In this document: positions 9,585 to 19,733 of the stretch, in pieces
How positions within the stretch are numbered: the stretch's first letter is position 1
Layout of the letters: each line of letters begins with the position of its first letter
IMG/VR virus record: IMGVR_UViG_3300037067_006209
Span: 1,252 to 65,251 of that record
Length of the DNA: 64,000 nucleotides
Strand: one strand, 5' to 3'
Source of the DNA: a virus
The notes under the pieces: model-generated
What the model was told of the DNA's origin: nothing
What the model saw: only the letters and a program-made list of their open reading frames with translations
Databases searched by the model: none
Position numbers and translations under genes: made by a program

Positions 9585-10715
9585 GTGATTAAATTGGCAG
9601 AAAAAGCATATAAATATCGTATATATCCAAATAAAGAACAAGAAATACAATTAGCTAAAATCTTTGGCTCTTGTAGATTCGTTTATAATTATTATTTATC
9701 TAAACGTATTGAATTATATGAATTAGATAAACAAACTATGAATTATAATGCTTGTTCTGTTGATTTAACTATTCTTAAAAAAGAATTGGTTTGGTTAAAA
9801 GAAATAGATAAATTTGCTTTGCAGAATTCTCTTAAAGATTTAGATAGAGCTTATCAAAATTTCTTTAGAGAAATTAAAAAAGGTAATAATGAACAAGGAT
9901 TTCCCAAATTTAAATCAAAACACGACCATGAATATAGCTACAAAACAACTTTTACAAATAATAATATAGAAATAAGAGGAAATAAAATAAAACTTCCTAA
10001 ACTTGGATTAGTTAAATTTGCCAATTCACAAGATGTTCAAGGCAGAATATTAAATTGTACTATTAGTAAAACTTATTCTGGAAAGTATTTTGTATCAGTA
10101 TGTTGTACTGATATTTATATAGAGAGATTACCACAAAATAGTAATAGTATAGGAATAGACTTAGGATTAAAAGAATTTGCAATTACATCCGATGGAGAAA
10201 TAATAGACAATCCTAAATATTTATCTAAACTTGAAAACAAACTTAAAAAAGAACAAAGAAGATTATCTAACAAGAAAAAAGGAAGTAAAAATTATAATAA
10301 GCAAAGAATTAAATTAAATAGAGTACATGAAAAAATAGCTAATCAAAGGACAGACTTTTTACAGAAATTATCAACAAGATTTATTAGTGAAAACCAAATT
10401 ATATGTCTTGAGACACTTAAAGTAAAAAACATGGTTCAGAACCATAAATTAGCTAAAAGTATTAATGATGTATCATGGAGTAATTTTGTAAGAATGTTAC
10501 AATATAAAGCTGATTGGAATGATAGGCTTATTCAACAGATAGATACTTATTATCCATCATCTCAATTATGTAACGTATGTGGATATCAGAATTCTGAAAC
10601 CAAGGATTTATCAGTAAGAGAATGGATATGTACTGAATGTAACACAAAGCATAATAGAGATATCAACGCTGCAATAAATATATTAAATGAAGGATTAAGA
10701 TTATTAGTAAGTTAA
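9585..10715 (+). CDS. tnpB: TnpB RNA-guided endonuclease
   Basis: HTH_OrfB N-terminus (KAYKYRIYP), RuvC GIDLG / CLETL / RDINAA, Zn finger CNVC..CTEC. Confidence 0.95.
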   Translation: MIKLAEKAYKYRIYPNKEQEIQLAKIFGSCRFVYNYYLSKRIELYELDKQTMNYNACSVDLTILKKELVWLKEIDKFALQNSLKDLDRAYQNFFREIKKGNNEQGFPKFKSKHDHEYSYKTTFTNNNIEIRGNKIKLPKLGLVKFANSQDVQGRILNCTISKTYSGKYFVSVCCTDIYIERLPQNSNSIGIDLGLKEFAITSDGEIIDNPKYLSKLENKLKKEQRRLSNKKKGSKNYNKQRIKLNRVHEKIANQRTDFLQKLSTRFISENQIICLETLKVKNMVQNHKLAKSINDVSWSNFVRMLQYKADWNDRLIQQIDTYYPSSQLCNVCGYQNSETKDLSVREWICTECNTKHNRDINAAINILNEGLRLLVS

Positions 10716-10852
10716 AATATAATAACAAAGTAAAAAATAGTGTAAGAACTACACAAATTTAAGCCTGTGGAGATAGTAGGTTACGAGGTCTATGAAACAG
10801 GAATCACGCAACTTCAGTCGTGTGAGGTTCAAGAATGATTCTTATGGATTTA
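10716..10852 (+). ncRNA. Predicted omegaRNA 3' part; guide from flank starting 10833 (GAATGATTCTTATGG...)
   Basis: Established TnpB right-end architecture; 5' boundary uncertain. Confidence 0.55.
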
Positions 10853-11055
10853 AATTTGCTAAAAATAATATTATGAAATCAAAAACTTTAGGCATATGTA
10901 TGCAATGCGGTAAATTAACTAATTTTATTGAAATATGTTCAGAAGGAAGACTTTGTTCAGATGAATGTGAAAATGCATGGTATGATAGATATAATAAATC
11001 TATAAGTAATTTAGAATAGAAACCTAATTTGCTTTAATTAATAAAAAGGAGCGTT

Positions 11056-11340
11056 ATGAGTAAATTTAAAAATTTGTTTTATAAGTGGAATAACCTAGAG
11101 AAGTGTCCTAAGTGTAAATCTACTAAAACAATAACTACAAATACATATTATGAGGAACATTGGCAAGTTGAATATGACATTGTGTGCGAAAATTGTAATA
11201 GTAAAATCAATCATTTTGCTTACGGATATTTAGATGAACCAAATACAAAACTAGAATATATTAAGTGGCTTTGGGATGGATATTATTTGGATTCGATATT
11301 AGGTAAGATTAAAAGAAATTTACATATTTTATTTTATTAA
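11056..11340 (+). CDS. Zn-ribbon hypothetical protein
   Basis: CPKC..CENC; AAGGAG RBS. Confidence 0.6.
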   Translation: MSKFKNLFYKWNNLEKCPKCKSTKTITTNTYYEEHWQVEYDIVCENCNSKINHFAYGYLDEPNTKLEYIKWLWDGYYLDSILGKIKRNLHILFY

Positions 11341-11513
11341 TATAAATTAAGGAGGATTTTATAATGCATTGGTTACAAATAGATGATAGATTAAAAAAGT
11401 TATATAATGCTATAACTACTGCTCATTCTGATACAGTAAGTTTTAATACTGCTATGAATGCTGAATTAGAAGCACAAAAAATTATGGAAGAATTAACTAT
11501 AGAGTTAGAAAAA

Positions 11514-11901
11514 TTAAAATAAGACCAAATTCTAATTTATATTAATATAATTTAAGAAAGGAATTAACTTAATGAAAGAGTACATGGATGTTTTAATTAA
11601 TGCGCCAAAAGAAATTTATACTACATTTGAAGAATTTACACATTTTACATACTATGAAATAGCAGCGTTCTTTTGCAATTGGAAAGTATGTTTTTATAAG
11701 AATGAAGATGGTTCTATTAAAATGAGAACAAGTAAATGGAGTATTGCAGATACTTGTATGAAAAGTAAAAGATTTGAAGGAATTGATTGGTTTGAAAATG
11801 AAAGTACAGAGGTATATAGTTGTACAATACCTAAAGACAATAAATTAATTGAAATAATTGAAACGAAGTTTAATTATTTGTTTTTAAAATAAGACCAAAT
11901 T
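11514..11901 (+). repeat. Exact 18-bp direct repeat TTAAAATAAGACCAAATT (11514-11531, 11884-11901)
   Basis: Both copies contain a gene stop and run into a boundary-site variant. Confidence 0.75.
11572..11892 (+). CDS. Hypothetical protein
   Basis: AAAGGA RBS. Confidence 0.6.
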   Translation: MKEYMDVLINAPKEIYTTFEEFTHFTYYEIAAFFCNWKVCFYKNEDGSIKMRTSKWSIADTCMKSKRFEGIDWFENESTEVYSCTIPKDNKLIEIIETKFNYLFLK

Positions 11902-11964
11902 ACATTTTCATTCACTCAGAATATGAAAGTAAAATATATTAACTAATATTAGGGAGAATTAAAT

Positions 11965-12225
11965 ATGATTAAAGATTTAACAGATGACCAATTTATTGAA
12001 ATTCAAAACTGTTGTAAAAACATATTTATCAATAATATAGAGTTCAAAAGAATATGTTCCTTTAGAACTGCTTTAAAAGATGATTGTATTAGAGAATACG
12101 AAATATTCAAGGATACTTCTACAGATATTTATTATAAAGTATGCATTAATATTCATAATTGGGGAGACAATGTCTTGATACCTTTAACTAAAGATGAATT
12201 GAAAGAATATGATGATTATTTATAG
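11965..12225 (+). CDS. Hypothetical protein
   Basis: GGGAG RBS. Confidence 0.55.
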   Translation: MIKDLTDDQFIEIQNCCKNIFINNIEFKRICSFRTALKDDCIREYEIFKDTSTDIYYKVCINIHNWGDNVLIPLTKDELKEYDDYL

Positions 12226-12403
12226 GAGTATAAGACATGAAATTTTAAAAGAAGATGAAACTATTCATCTATCACCAGTAATATTTTAGGAGGTTAAATA
12301 TGATTATTTATCATGCAGAGCCAAATGTTAAGAGAGTAACTACATATTTTATGAAAGACGGTATAGTCATTACAAATATAATTTATAGGAGGATTTTAAA
12401 ACA

Positions 12404-13684
12404 ATGAGTTATAATGCATACATAACTAAGATTAAAAATACTAGAAAACATTCTAATGCTGATAGATTATTAGTAGGTGATTGTTTTGGAAATAGCATAA
12501 TAGTAAGTCTTGATGTTCAAGAAAATGAATTAGGATGCTATTTTCCCACAGATGGTAGACTTGGAATGGAATATTGTGAAGCTAATAATTTGATAAGAAA
12601 AAAGGATGAACAAGGTAATAATATCGGAGGATATTTAGAACCAGAAAAGAGGCACGTATCTACATTAAAGTTACGTGGAGAAAAATCAGATGGTTTATTT
12701 ATGCCTCTGAAAAGTCTTGAGAAATTCTGCAAAATTCAAGACCTTAAAGAAGGTGACACTATAACTACTCTAAATGGAATATTGATTTGTGAAAAGTATA
12801 TACCTAAGAGTAATCATAGAACAAATATTCAAACTACAAGTAAGGGTAAAAAAGTAGTAACTGACAAAATTTCATATCCAATGTTTGATGAACACAGAGA
12901 CACTTCTCAACTTGCGTACAATTTAAATCAATTTAAAGAAGGTGATATATGTTATCTTACTCTTAAAATGCATGGAACGTCACAAAGAACGGCATATACT
13001 ATACAGGAGTTTTTAAAGAAGAGAAATTGGATTCAAAACATATTTAAGTTGAATAATAAAATAATTAAGTCTTGGAAGTATGTTACTGGCACTAGACGTT
13101 GTATGTTAAAGAATTTTGATAATGGATATTATGGTAACGATTTATTTAGAAAGACATATCATGATTATTTTATTGGTAAACTACATAAAGGTGAAGAAGT
13201 TTTCTATGAAGTAGTAGGATATGTTAATGAAAATACAACTATAATGCCAGAGTGTAATAATAAGAAAACTAATGATAAAGAGTTTATTAAGCAATATGGA
13301 GAAACTACAAGATTTACATATGGTTGTGGTACTGGACAAAATGATATCTATGTATATAGAATGACAAAAACAGATGAAGATGGAAATATTATTGAATATC
13401 CTTGGCATCTTGTTAAATTAAGATGTGAGCAAATGGGAGTAAAACATGTTCTCGATTTTGAAAAATTTATATTTACCAATAAAGAAGATTTAATGGAACG
13501 TGTAAATAAATACGTTGATGGAGCAGACCCTATTGGTAAAACTCATGTTAAGGAAGGTGTAGTTGTTAGAATAGACAACAAAGAAAAGTTTTCTGCATAT
13601 AAACATAAGAATTTTTCATTCAAGGTTTTAGAAGGAATTATCAAGGCTAATGATGTTCTTGATATGGAAGAAGCAGAATCATAG
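12404..13684 (+). CDS. ATP-dependent RNA ligase, DRB0094/Rnl5-like
   Basis: N-terminal HSNADRL..KLRGEKSDG module; motif I TLKMHGTS; EGVVVR; YKHK. Confidence 0.8.
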   Translation: MSYNAYITKIKNTRKHSNADRLLVGDCFGNSIIVSLDVQENELGCYFPTDGRLGMEYCEANNLIRKKDEQGNNIGGYLEPEKRHVSTLKLRGEKSDGLFMPLKSLEKFCKIQDLKEGDTITTLNGILICEKYIPKSNHRTNIQTTSKGKKVVTDKISYPMFDEHRDTSQLAYNLNQFKEGDICYLTLKMHGTSQRTAYTIQEFLKKRNWIQNIFKLNNKIIKSWKYVTGTRRCMLKNFDNGYYGNDLFRKTYHDYFIGKLHKGEEVFYEVVGYVNENTTIMPECNNKKTNDKEFIKQYGETTRFTYGCGTGQNDIYVYRMTKTDEDGNIIEYPWHLVKLRCEQMGVKHVLDFEKFIFTNKEDLMERVNKYVDGADPIGKTHVKEGVVVRIDNKEKFSAYKHKNFSFKVLEGIIKANDVLDMEEAES

Positions 13685-13703
13685 TATTATTAATATAAAT
13701 TTG

Positions 13704-13732
13704 TTGACTTTTAATATAATCATATGTATAAT
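13704..13732 (+). promoter_or_regulatory. SigmaA promoter
   Basis: TTGACT-17bp-TATAAT. Confidence 0.7.
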
Positions 13733-13764
13733 ATAACTATAATAAATATAGGAGGGTTATACAT

Positions 13765-14487
13765 ATGATTATAAAATTTAAACAAAAAGATAAATGGCAT
13801 TCATTAGAAAGCACCTTACCACAAGCAAAAGAATATCTTGAGGTAATAGTTAGAAAATTGCTTGAAAATAAGTTTGGTTCTTATGTTTTTAAGCAATCAA
13901 AAACACAGTATCAAATAAGAGCGAAAGAAAAAACTGTAGTTACAATTATTATTATAAAAGATGAACAAAATAATTCGTATATACAATTAAATTTTTGCAA
14001 TGGAATGACTTCAGTAAAGGTTAATACAATTGATGAATTTAAAATTGCTATAAATCAATGGTACGAGGAGTTTATAAACAATCCAACTTTAAAAAGTGGC
14101 ACACAAAAAGGATATGTTAGAAAAGGTATTTATTCAATAAACAATATATTAAGTAAAAGAAATGATTTGCGTCATAATGAAGATAGTGTTGAATTTGATG
14201 GTGATATGATTCATATGAATAGTGATAGATACCATACATTTGCTACGAGTGGAACTAAATGTGTTTGTTGTGGATTAGAAGCTAAGTATTTTGCAAAAGA
14301 AAAGGACTTTAGCTCAAATAGATATCATTTTAATTTATATGGAATTAATGAAGAAGGACAAGAAATCTTATTTACAAAAGACCATATAGTACCTAAAAGT
14401 AAAGGTGGTAAAAATGATATATCAAACTATCAAACAATGTGTTCTACATGTAATGAAGTAAAGGGTAGTAATATGGAAGGAGAATGA
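13765..14487 (+). CDS. HNH endonuclease
   Basis: CVCCG...TKDHIVPKSKGGKNDISNYQTMCSTCNEVKG. Confidence 0.85.
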   Translation: MIIKFKQKDKWHSLESTLPQAKEYLEVIVRKLLENKFGSYVFKQSKTQYQIRAKEKTVVTIIIIKDEQNNSYIQLNFCNGMTSVKVNTIDEFKIAINQWYEEFINNPTLKSGTQKGYVRKGIYSINNILSKRNDLRHNEDSVEFDGDMIHMNSDRYHTFATSGTKCVCCGLEAKYFAKEKDFSSNRYHFNLYGINEEGQEILFTKDHIVPKSKGGKNDISNYQTMCSTCNEVKGSNMEGE

Positions 14488-14488
14488 G

Positions 14489-15397
14489 ATGGCAAATTTT
14501 ACGATGATGTGTGGATTACCTGCAAGTGGTAAAAGTACATATGCAAAAGAGATATCTATAAAAGAAAATAGTGTTGTGCTATCTTCGGATACTTTAAGAG
14601 AAAAGTTATTTGATGATATTAATAATCAAGATGGCAATGAAATCATATTTGATTTATTACATAAGCTAATTAAGTATTATTTAAAAAATGGTATATCTGT
14701 TATTTATGATGCAACCAATATAAATTACAAACAACGTATGGAGTTATTAAAGGAGTTAAAAAGTATTGATTGTTATAAGCAATGTATTTTAGTAGCTACC
14801 CCTTATGAGAAATGCTTAGAACAAAATAGTAAAAGAGATAGACAAGTTCCTAAGTATGTGATTGATAAAATGTATAAGAATTTTTATATACCTCAATATT
14901 ATGAAAAATGGGATAATATAGAAATTGTTTATAATGATGATGGCTATATATTTGATATTCATGAATTGTTTAACAATGAAAATGGGTTGAATTACATAAA
15001 TCAAGATAATCCAAATCACACACTCACTATAGGAAATCATTGTTTTCAAAGTGCTTTATTATGTGAAGAATATGATGGGAATAGGTTGCTTTGTATGGCA
15101 GCATTACTTCATGATATTGGTAAAAAATTTACTAAAGAATTTAAAAATTCAAAAGGTGAAGAAACCGATATAGCACATTATTATCAACATCATTTAGTTT
15201 CTGCATATGATTCACTATTTTATTATAAGGACATGGATTTAGAAGATAAATTAAAATTAGTGGATTATATACAATGGCATATGCAATTATTCTTTCTTGA
15301 ATCAGAAAAAGCTAAGAATAAATTTATAAGATTAGTTGGTCAAGAGTTTTATGATGATTTATTAATTTTTCATGAAGCTGATAAAAATGCAAAGTGA
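14489..15397 (+). CDS. Polynucleotide kinase (P-loop) fused to HD phosphohydrolase
   Basis: GLPASGKST, SSDTLR, YDATN; H..LLHDIGK..H..H..D. Confidence 0.85.
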   Translation: MANFTMMCGLPASGKSTYAKEISIKENSVVLSSDTLREKLFDDINNQDGNEIIFDLLHKLIKYYLKNGISVIYDATNINYKQRMELLKELKSIDCYKQCILVATPYEKCLEQNSKRDRQVPKYVIDKMYKNFYIPQYYEKWDNIEIVYNDDGYIFDIHELFNNENGLNYINQDNPNHTLTIGNHCFQSALLCEEYDGNRLLCMAALLHDIGKKFTKEFKNSKGEETDIAHYYQHHLVSAYDSLFYYKDMDLEDKLKLVDYIQWHMQLFFLESEKAKNKFIRLVGQEFYDDLLIFHEADKNAK

Positions 15398-15407
15398 GGA
15401 TAAAGAA

Positions 15408-16196
15408 ATGAATATTATAATGAAAAGACTTGAAGAACATTACATAGAAGTTGAGAAAATGGGGTATGAAATAGTAGGTGTATTCCTCCAAGGCAGCCAA
15501 AACTATAATTTGTCATATGAAAATAGTGATATAGATAGTAAGGCTATATTACTTCCTAAGTTTAATGATTTTGTACTTAATAAAAGTCCTATAAGTACAA
15601 CTCATATTATGGAGAATAATGAACATGTAGACAAAAAAGATATTAGATTAATGTTTGATTGTTTTAAGAAACAGAACATAAACTTTGTTGAAATTCTGTT
15701 TACTAAGTATAAAATAATTAATCCAAAGTATGAATCATTGATACAACCACTTTTTGATAATAACGAATTAATTGCAAGATATAATAATTATGCTTCAGTT
15801 AATTGTATTGCAGGAACTAGTATGGAGAAGTATAAAGCTTTAGAGCATCCGTATCCATCTATAATTGATAAGATAGAGAAATTCGGTTTTGACGGAAAAC
15901 AACTCCACCATATAGTAAGACTTAATCAATTTATTAAAAGATATTTAGCAGGAGAACTATATGCTGATTGTTTAATTGCAAATGATAAAGATTATTTAAT
16001 TAGTTTAAAGAAAAACGAAATATCATTAGCTGAAGCAAGAGAAATAGCAAAAAGATTAAGTGATGAAACATATCAGATTAAAACAGATTATATGAATAGT
16101 ACACCATTACAGGTTAATAAAGAGGTTGAGACTATTCTAAATGATGTATTGATAAATGTTTTAAAATATAATTTTAAGAATGAAATAATGTCATAA
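15408..16196 (+). CDS. Pol-beta superfamily nucleotidyltransferase (RlaP-like)
   Basis: GSQNYNL...SDIDSK, NFVEILF, DGKQLHH.VRL. Confidence 0.75.
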   Translation: MNIIMKRLEEHYIEVEKMGYEIVGVFLQGSQNYNLSYENSDIDSKAILLPKFNDFVLNKSPISTTHIMENNEHVDKKDIRLMFDCFKKQNINFVEILFTKYKIINPKYESLIQPLFDNNELIARYNNYASVNCIAGTSMEKYKALEHPYPSIIDKIEKFGFDGKQLHHIVRLNQFIKRYLAGELYADCLIANDKDYLISLKKNEISLAEAREIAKRLSDETYQIKTDYMNSTPLQVNKEVETILNDVLINVLKYNFKNEIMS

Positions 16197-16235
16197 ATCT
16201 TATCATCTATGCACTATTTAGGAAAGGAATACATA

Positions 16236-16709
16236 ATGATTAAAATTCTAGAAGGAAATATCTTAGATGCAGATGAAACAATTATCTGTCAACAAGTTAA
16301 TTGTAAAGGTGTAATGGGTTCGGGACTAGCAAAACAAATAAGAAATAAATATCCTAATGTATATACTGATTATAAATTGTTTTGTAAGACTGTTAAAAAT
16401 CCATTAGGTCAAGTTAATAGTGTAGTTGTGCAAGATAAAGAAAAAGGCTTAAATCATATAATTATGAATATCTTTGGTCAAGATGGTTATGGTAGGGATA
16501 GACGATATACTGATTATAATGCATTAGAAATGGGACTTCAAAGTATATATAATGAAGTTACTACAGAAGGTAAATTCTTATATGGTAAATCTATAGCTAT
16601 CCCATACAATTTAGGTTGTGGTTTAGCAGGTGGTGATTGGAATGTTGTTTGTAAAATAATTGAAGATGTTTTTAATGATTATAATGTAACTATTTATAAG
16701 TTAGTGTAA
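16236..16709 (+). CDS. Macro domain protein (ADP-ribose processing)
   Basis: QQVNCKGVMGSGLAKQI, IAIPYNLGCGLAGGDW. Confidence 0.9.
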   Translation: MIKILEGNILDADETIICQQVNCKGVMGSGLAKQIRNKYPNVYTDYKLFCKTVKNPLGQVNSVVVQDKEKGLNHIIMNIFGQDGYGRDRRYTDYNALEMGLQSIYNEVTTEGKFLYGKSIAIPYNLGCGLAGGDWNVVCKIIEDVFNDYNVTIYKLV

Positions 16710-16720
16710 AGGAGAAACCC

Positions 16721-16954
16721 ATGAATGAAATAAAAGCTTATGAATGTGAAACTTGTGGAGAATTATGGCATGATAAAAATAGATTTTATAAATGTGTAGT
16801 TTGTGGCGTTGAATTATGTAGAACTTGTGGTAATGAAATAGCATCAAATTACCCTAGTGATAGTTTTGATATTACAACTATAAAAATATGTGATGATTGC
16901 TATGATAATTTATCTGATAAATTTGTAGAATTATGTTTAAAACATAAAGTATAA
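16721..16954 (+). CDS. Multi-Cys Zn-finger protein
   Basis: Four CxxC pairs. Confidence 0.6.
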   Translation: MNEIKAYECETCGELWHDKNRFYKCVVCGVELCRTCGNEIASNYPSDSFDITTIKICDDCYDNLSDKFVELCLKHKV

Positions 16955-17077
16955 AACAATTTTGTCACACACTTGTAATATGATAATTAGAGTAACAAAG
17001 AGTATGCGTGAGTAATTGGAAGTAATAAATTATCAATTAATGAATGAAAACGCTGATTTATCGCATATTGAAAAGAG

Positions 17078-17506
17078 GTGGTTATAATAAAAGTATTAGA
17101 GTGTTCATCTAAGGGTGATAAGAGATATTCTGCATTTTATGCTAGAGTAAAAGTATTCGGTAAATATGATAGTATAGAAAATCACTATCAACTTTGTAAA
17201 AGATTTGGTGAAATAGTTCCTCAATCATGGAGAGATGCAAAAGGTAAGATACCTACTCATATTTGTATTAAAGGAAGAGATCTTGATGTAAGATATTTAA
17301 CTATGTTTTATAAAATGTTATGGACTAAATACTTAGATAATAATCCTGAATTAGTTGAATATGCAAGTACATATGATGAGTTTAATGATATATTCAAAGG
17401 CAAAAAATCTTTAAATTGTCAAGCAGATGTAATTAGACAATACATAAAACAAGGCAAGACATCTATTTTAGAAGAATGTAAAGAATTTATTGAGTTATTA
17501 AAATAA
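17078..17506 (+). CDS. NADAR-like protein (DarT1-associated NADAR-like)
   Basis: LECSSKGDKRYSAFYA..SIENHYQ..KRF..KGK..NCQA pattern. Confidence 0.55.
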   Translation: MVIIKVLECSSKGDKRYSAFYARVKVFGKYDSIENHYQLCKRFGEIVPQSWRDAKGKIPTHICIKGRDLDVRYLTMFYKMLWTKYLDNNPELVEYASTYDEFNDIFKGKKSLNCQADVIRQYIKQGKTSILEECKEFIELLK

Positions 17507-17522
17507 TTAAGGAGATTATTAT

Positions 17523-17825
17523 ATGAAAGCAAATAAGAAAACTTTGATGGCAGTAAAAAGTTATTTGGAGAATAAAGAAGGTTGGGATTTAGACGAATTA
17601 ATTTCAGAGATGGTACACAGTACAAAACTCCTAAAACATAAAGATATGGGAGAACATACGCTATCTATGGATGAATGTGGGATTGAATGGGATGGTGATA
17701 ATATTTGTCTATTGGAGGATTTTGTTGAAAGTTATACAGATAAATTTATTGAAGGTATTTGTAATATCTTAGATTCATTTGTTGACGAAGATATAGATTG
17801 TTATCTCTATAACGAGGAAGAATAA
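17523..17825 (+). CDS. Acidic hypothetical protein
   Basis: AAGGAG RBS; D/E-rich. Confidence 0.6.
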   Translation: MKANKKTLMAVKSYLENKEGWDLDELISEMVHSTKLLKHKDMGEHTLSMDECGIEWDGDNICLLEDFVESYTDKFIEGICNILDSFVDEDIDCYLYNEEE

Positions 17826-17869
17826 TTTAAATTGTGTTCACTAATTAATAATAAGAATGGAGAATAAAA

Positions 17870-18337
17870 ATGGATAACCAAGAATTGATATGGGTAACTA
17901 AAGAACAAGCAAAGATATTTAAGGATTTAGATTCAGAATCTAATCAAAAGAATTTTGTTGATGAGTTAATTACAAGAAGAAAAATTGACATACAAAATAG
18001 TATTGAATGTTTAGACGATGATTTACTTAGACTAAAAGCATTTGCTTTAACTTATAAAACAGAACTTAAAAAGGTTTATGAGGAACAAGATAAAGCACTT
18101 GAAGAATTATGGGAATCTCACGATGTAAAAATTTATGAATCAAAGGAAAAAATTAAGCAATTAAAGCCAGAACTTCAGTCAATTACAAATCAGATTAATG
18201 AAGTTAATAAAGTTATGAATGATGTTTCTACGTATAATATTGATAAATTAATTGAAGTTGTTCATAAAGTTAATAATATGTCTGATAATGATAAGAAACT
18301 TATGACTGATTTAATCAATTTAACTCAAGTAAAATAA
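17870..18337 (+). CDS. Coiled-coil hypothetical protein
   Basis: Heptad-like K/E/L pattern. Confidence 0.6.
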   Translation: MDNQELIWVTKEQAKIFKDLDSESNQKNFVDELITRRKIDIQNSIECLDDDLLRLKAFALTYKTELKKVYEEQDKALEELWESHDVKIYESKEKIKQLKPELQSITNQINEVNKVMNDVSTYNIDKLIEVVHKVNNMSDNDKKLMTDLINLTQVK

Positions 18338-18351
18338 ATAAAAGGAGAGCT

Positions 18352-18786
18352 ATGGACAATATAGAAAAATTCAAACAAGAATATATGTGTGAGAGGAAAC
18401 CCAATAATACGGCTTTGAATTCAACTGGTTTATGTTTATTGCATATATATAAAGAAATTCATAAAAACTGCTTATGGATACATGAGCAAATGGGAGTAAA
18501 TCCAAATGAAAGATTAGATGTTTTGAGTCATATAATTAATCAAATTTGTCATGAATTAGAAATAAATAGTGAAAAGATATTTACTATTTCTCCTTCAGGT
18601 AGATTAAAACCTAATCTATTTGAGAGATATATTGACAAAAATGACATACCAAAACTTTATAAAGATGAATATAAAATAGTTTGGGATAGGTACAGTCAAC
18701 TATCAGCAGAATATAACAAAAGAGAAGAAGAACGTGAAAAAGAAAGATATAATGATTCTAATTATACTTTCACATTTTTTAAATGA
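18352..18786 (+). CDS. Hypothetical protein
   Basis: AAGGAG RBS. Confidence 0.6.
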   Translation: MDNIEKFKQEYMCERKPNNTALNSTGLCLLHIYKEIHKNCLWIHEQMGVNPNERLDVLSHIINQICHELEINSEKIFTISPSGRLKPNLFERYIDKNDIPKLYKDEYKIVWDRYSQLSAEYNKREEEREKERYNDSNYTFTFFK

Positions 18787-18847
18787 AAAACGTGTTTTAT
18801 TCAGAATTGTTATTAAAATAATTTATATAATAGAAGGAGTTAATTAT

Positions 18848-19618
18848 TTGTCTAATAAAAAATATAATGATGTTCATAGAATTAATGAACAAGATTTAGA
18901 AGAAAAGCAATGTAAAAATTGTAAAGAATGGCTATTAATGAATAATACATATTTTAATATAGTGAATAAAAAGAAAGATAAATTTAATGACAGATGTAGA
19001 ATATGTCAAGATATCTATCAAAAAATTTATTATTCTAAAACTGCTGATAGGCAAAGAGAAAAGGCTAATAAAAGAAGATTGGAAAAACTACCTGAGATTA
19101 CTGAATATTTTTTACAGTATTATCAAGACAATAAAGAAACCATGAAAGCAAAGAACAAAATATACAAAAAGGAACGCCCTGATTATTATAAAGAACTAAG
19201 TAAAAAATTTAGGAATTCGGAACATGGTCGTGAGAGATGTAAAATTTATAATAAAAAGCATAAAGAGAAAAAACACCAAGTAACTGAAAAAGAATGGGAA
19301 GATTGTAAAAAGTATTTTAATCATAAGTGCGCTTACTGTGGACTACCAATTGAAGAACACTATTATACTAGAAATAATATTACAAAATTAGGAGATTTTC
19401 ATAAAGAGCATGTTGTAGATGATGGAAAGAATGATTTGCGTAATTGCGTTCCAAGTTGTGGTTCATGTAATAGTAGTAAAAGAGAATATTCTTTACATAC
19501 ATGGTATAACCCTAAGAATCCTATTTATGATAGTGAAAGATATCATAAACTGTATATGTGGATTAGATATGACCATAAAAAATATATAAAGCAGAAAAAA
19601 TTAAAACATTCAAAATAA
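18848..19618 (+). CDS. HNH endonuclease (paralog family A)
   Basis: CAYCG...KEHVVDDGKNDLRNCVPSCGSCNSSK; GAAGGAG RBS with in-frame TTG 18848. Confidence 0.85.
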   Translation: MSNKKYNDVHRINEQDLEEKQCKNCKEWLLMNNTYFNIVNKKKDKFNDRCRICQDIYQKIYYSKTADRQREKANKRRLEKLPEITEYFLQYYQDNKETMKAKNKIYKKERPDYYKELSKKFRNSEHGRERCKIYNKKHKEKKHQVTEKEWEDCKKYFNHKCAYCGLPIEEHYYTRNNITKLGDFHKEHVVDDGKNDLRNCVPSCGSCNSSKREYSLHTWYNPKNPIYDSERYHKLYMWIRYDHKKYIKQKKLKHSK

Positions 19619-19642
19619 ATATACTTTTATTAAAATAATATG

Positions 19643-19671
19643 TTGACAAATTTTTCTATTCATGATATATT
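19643..19671 (+). promoter_or_regulatory. SigmaA promoter of TerY-P-like operon
   Basis: TTGACA-17bp-TATATT with TG extension. Confidence 0.7.
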
Positions 19672-19733
19672 AATAGTGCAAGATAACTTATTAAAATAAA
19701 TTAATACATATTAAAAAAGGAGATTAAGAGATT

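Larger units (their letters stand above)
9494..10832 (+). mobile_element. Non-autonomous IS200/IS605-family (IS1341-type, tnpB-only) element
   Basis: Left-end hairpin CTCGTGAC-TTCA-GTCATGAG after TTTGA; related right-end hairpin (CACGCAAC-TTCA-GTCGTGTG) ending GGTTCAA; no TSD; no tnpA. Confidence 0.88.
9459..11019 (+). pseudogene. Small Zn-finger gene split by the IS element (segments 9459-9493 and 10833-11019)
   Basis: AGGAGG RBS and ATG 9459; removing 9494-10832 restores one frame MDFNNYNLINFENDSYGFKF...CMQC..CSDEC. Confidence 0.8.

Noticed and set aside
10792-10832. ATG start of the 75-aa ORF
   Set aside because: Lies within the IS right end; the true 5' part is at 9459-9493
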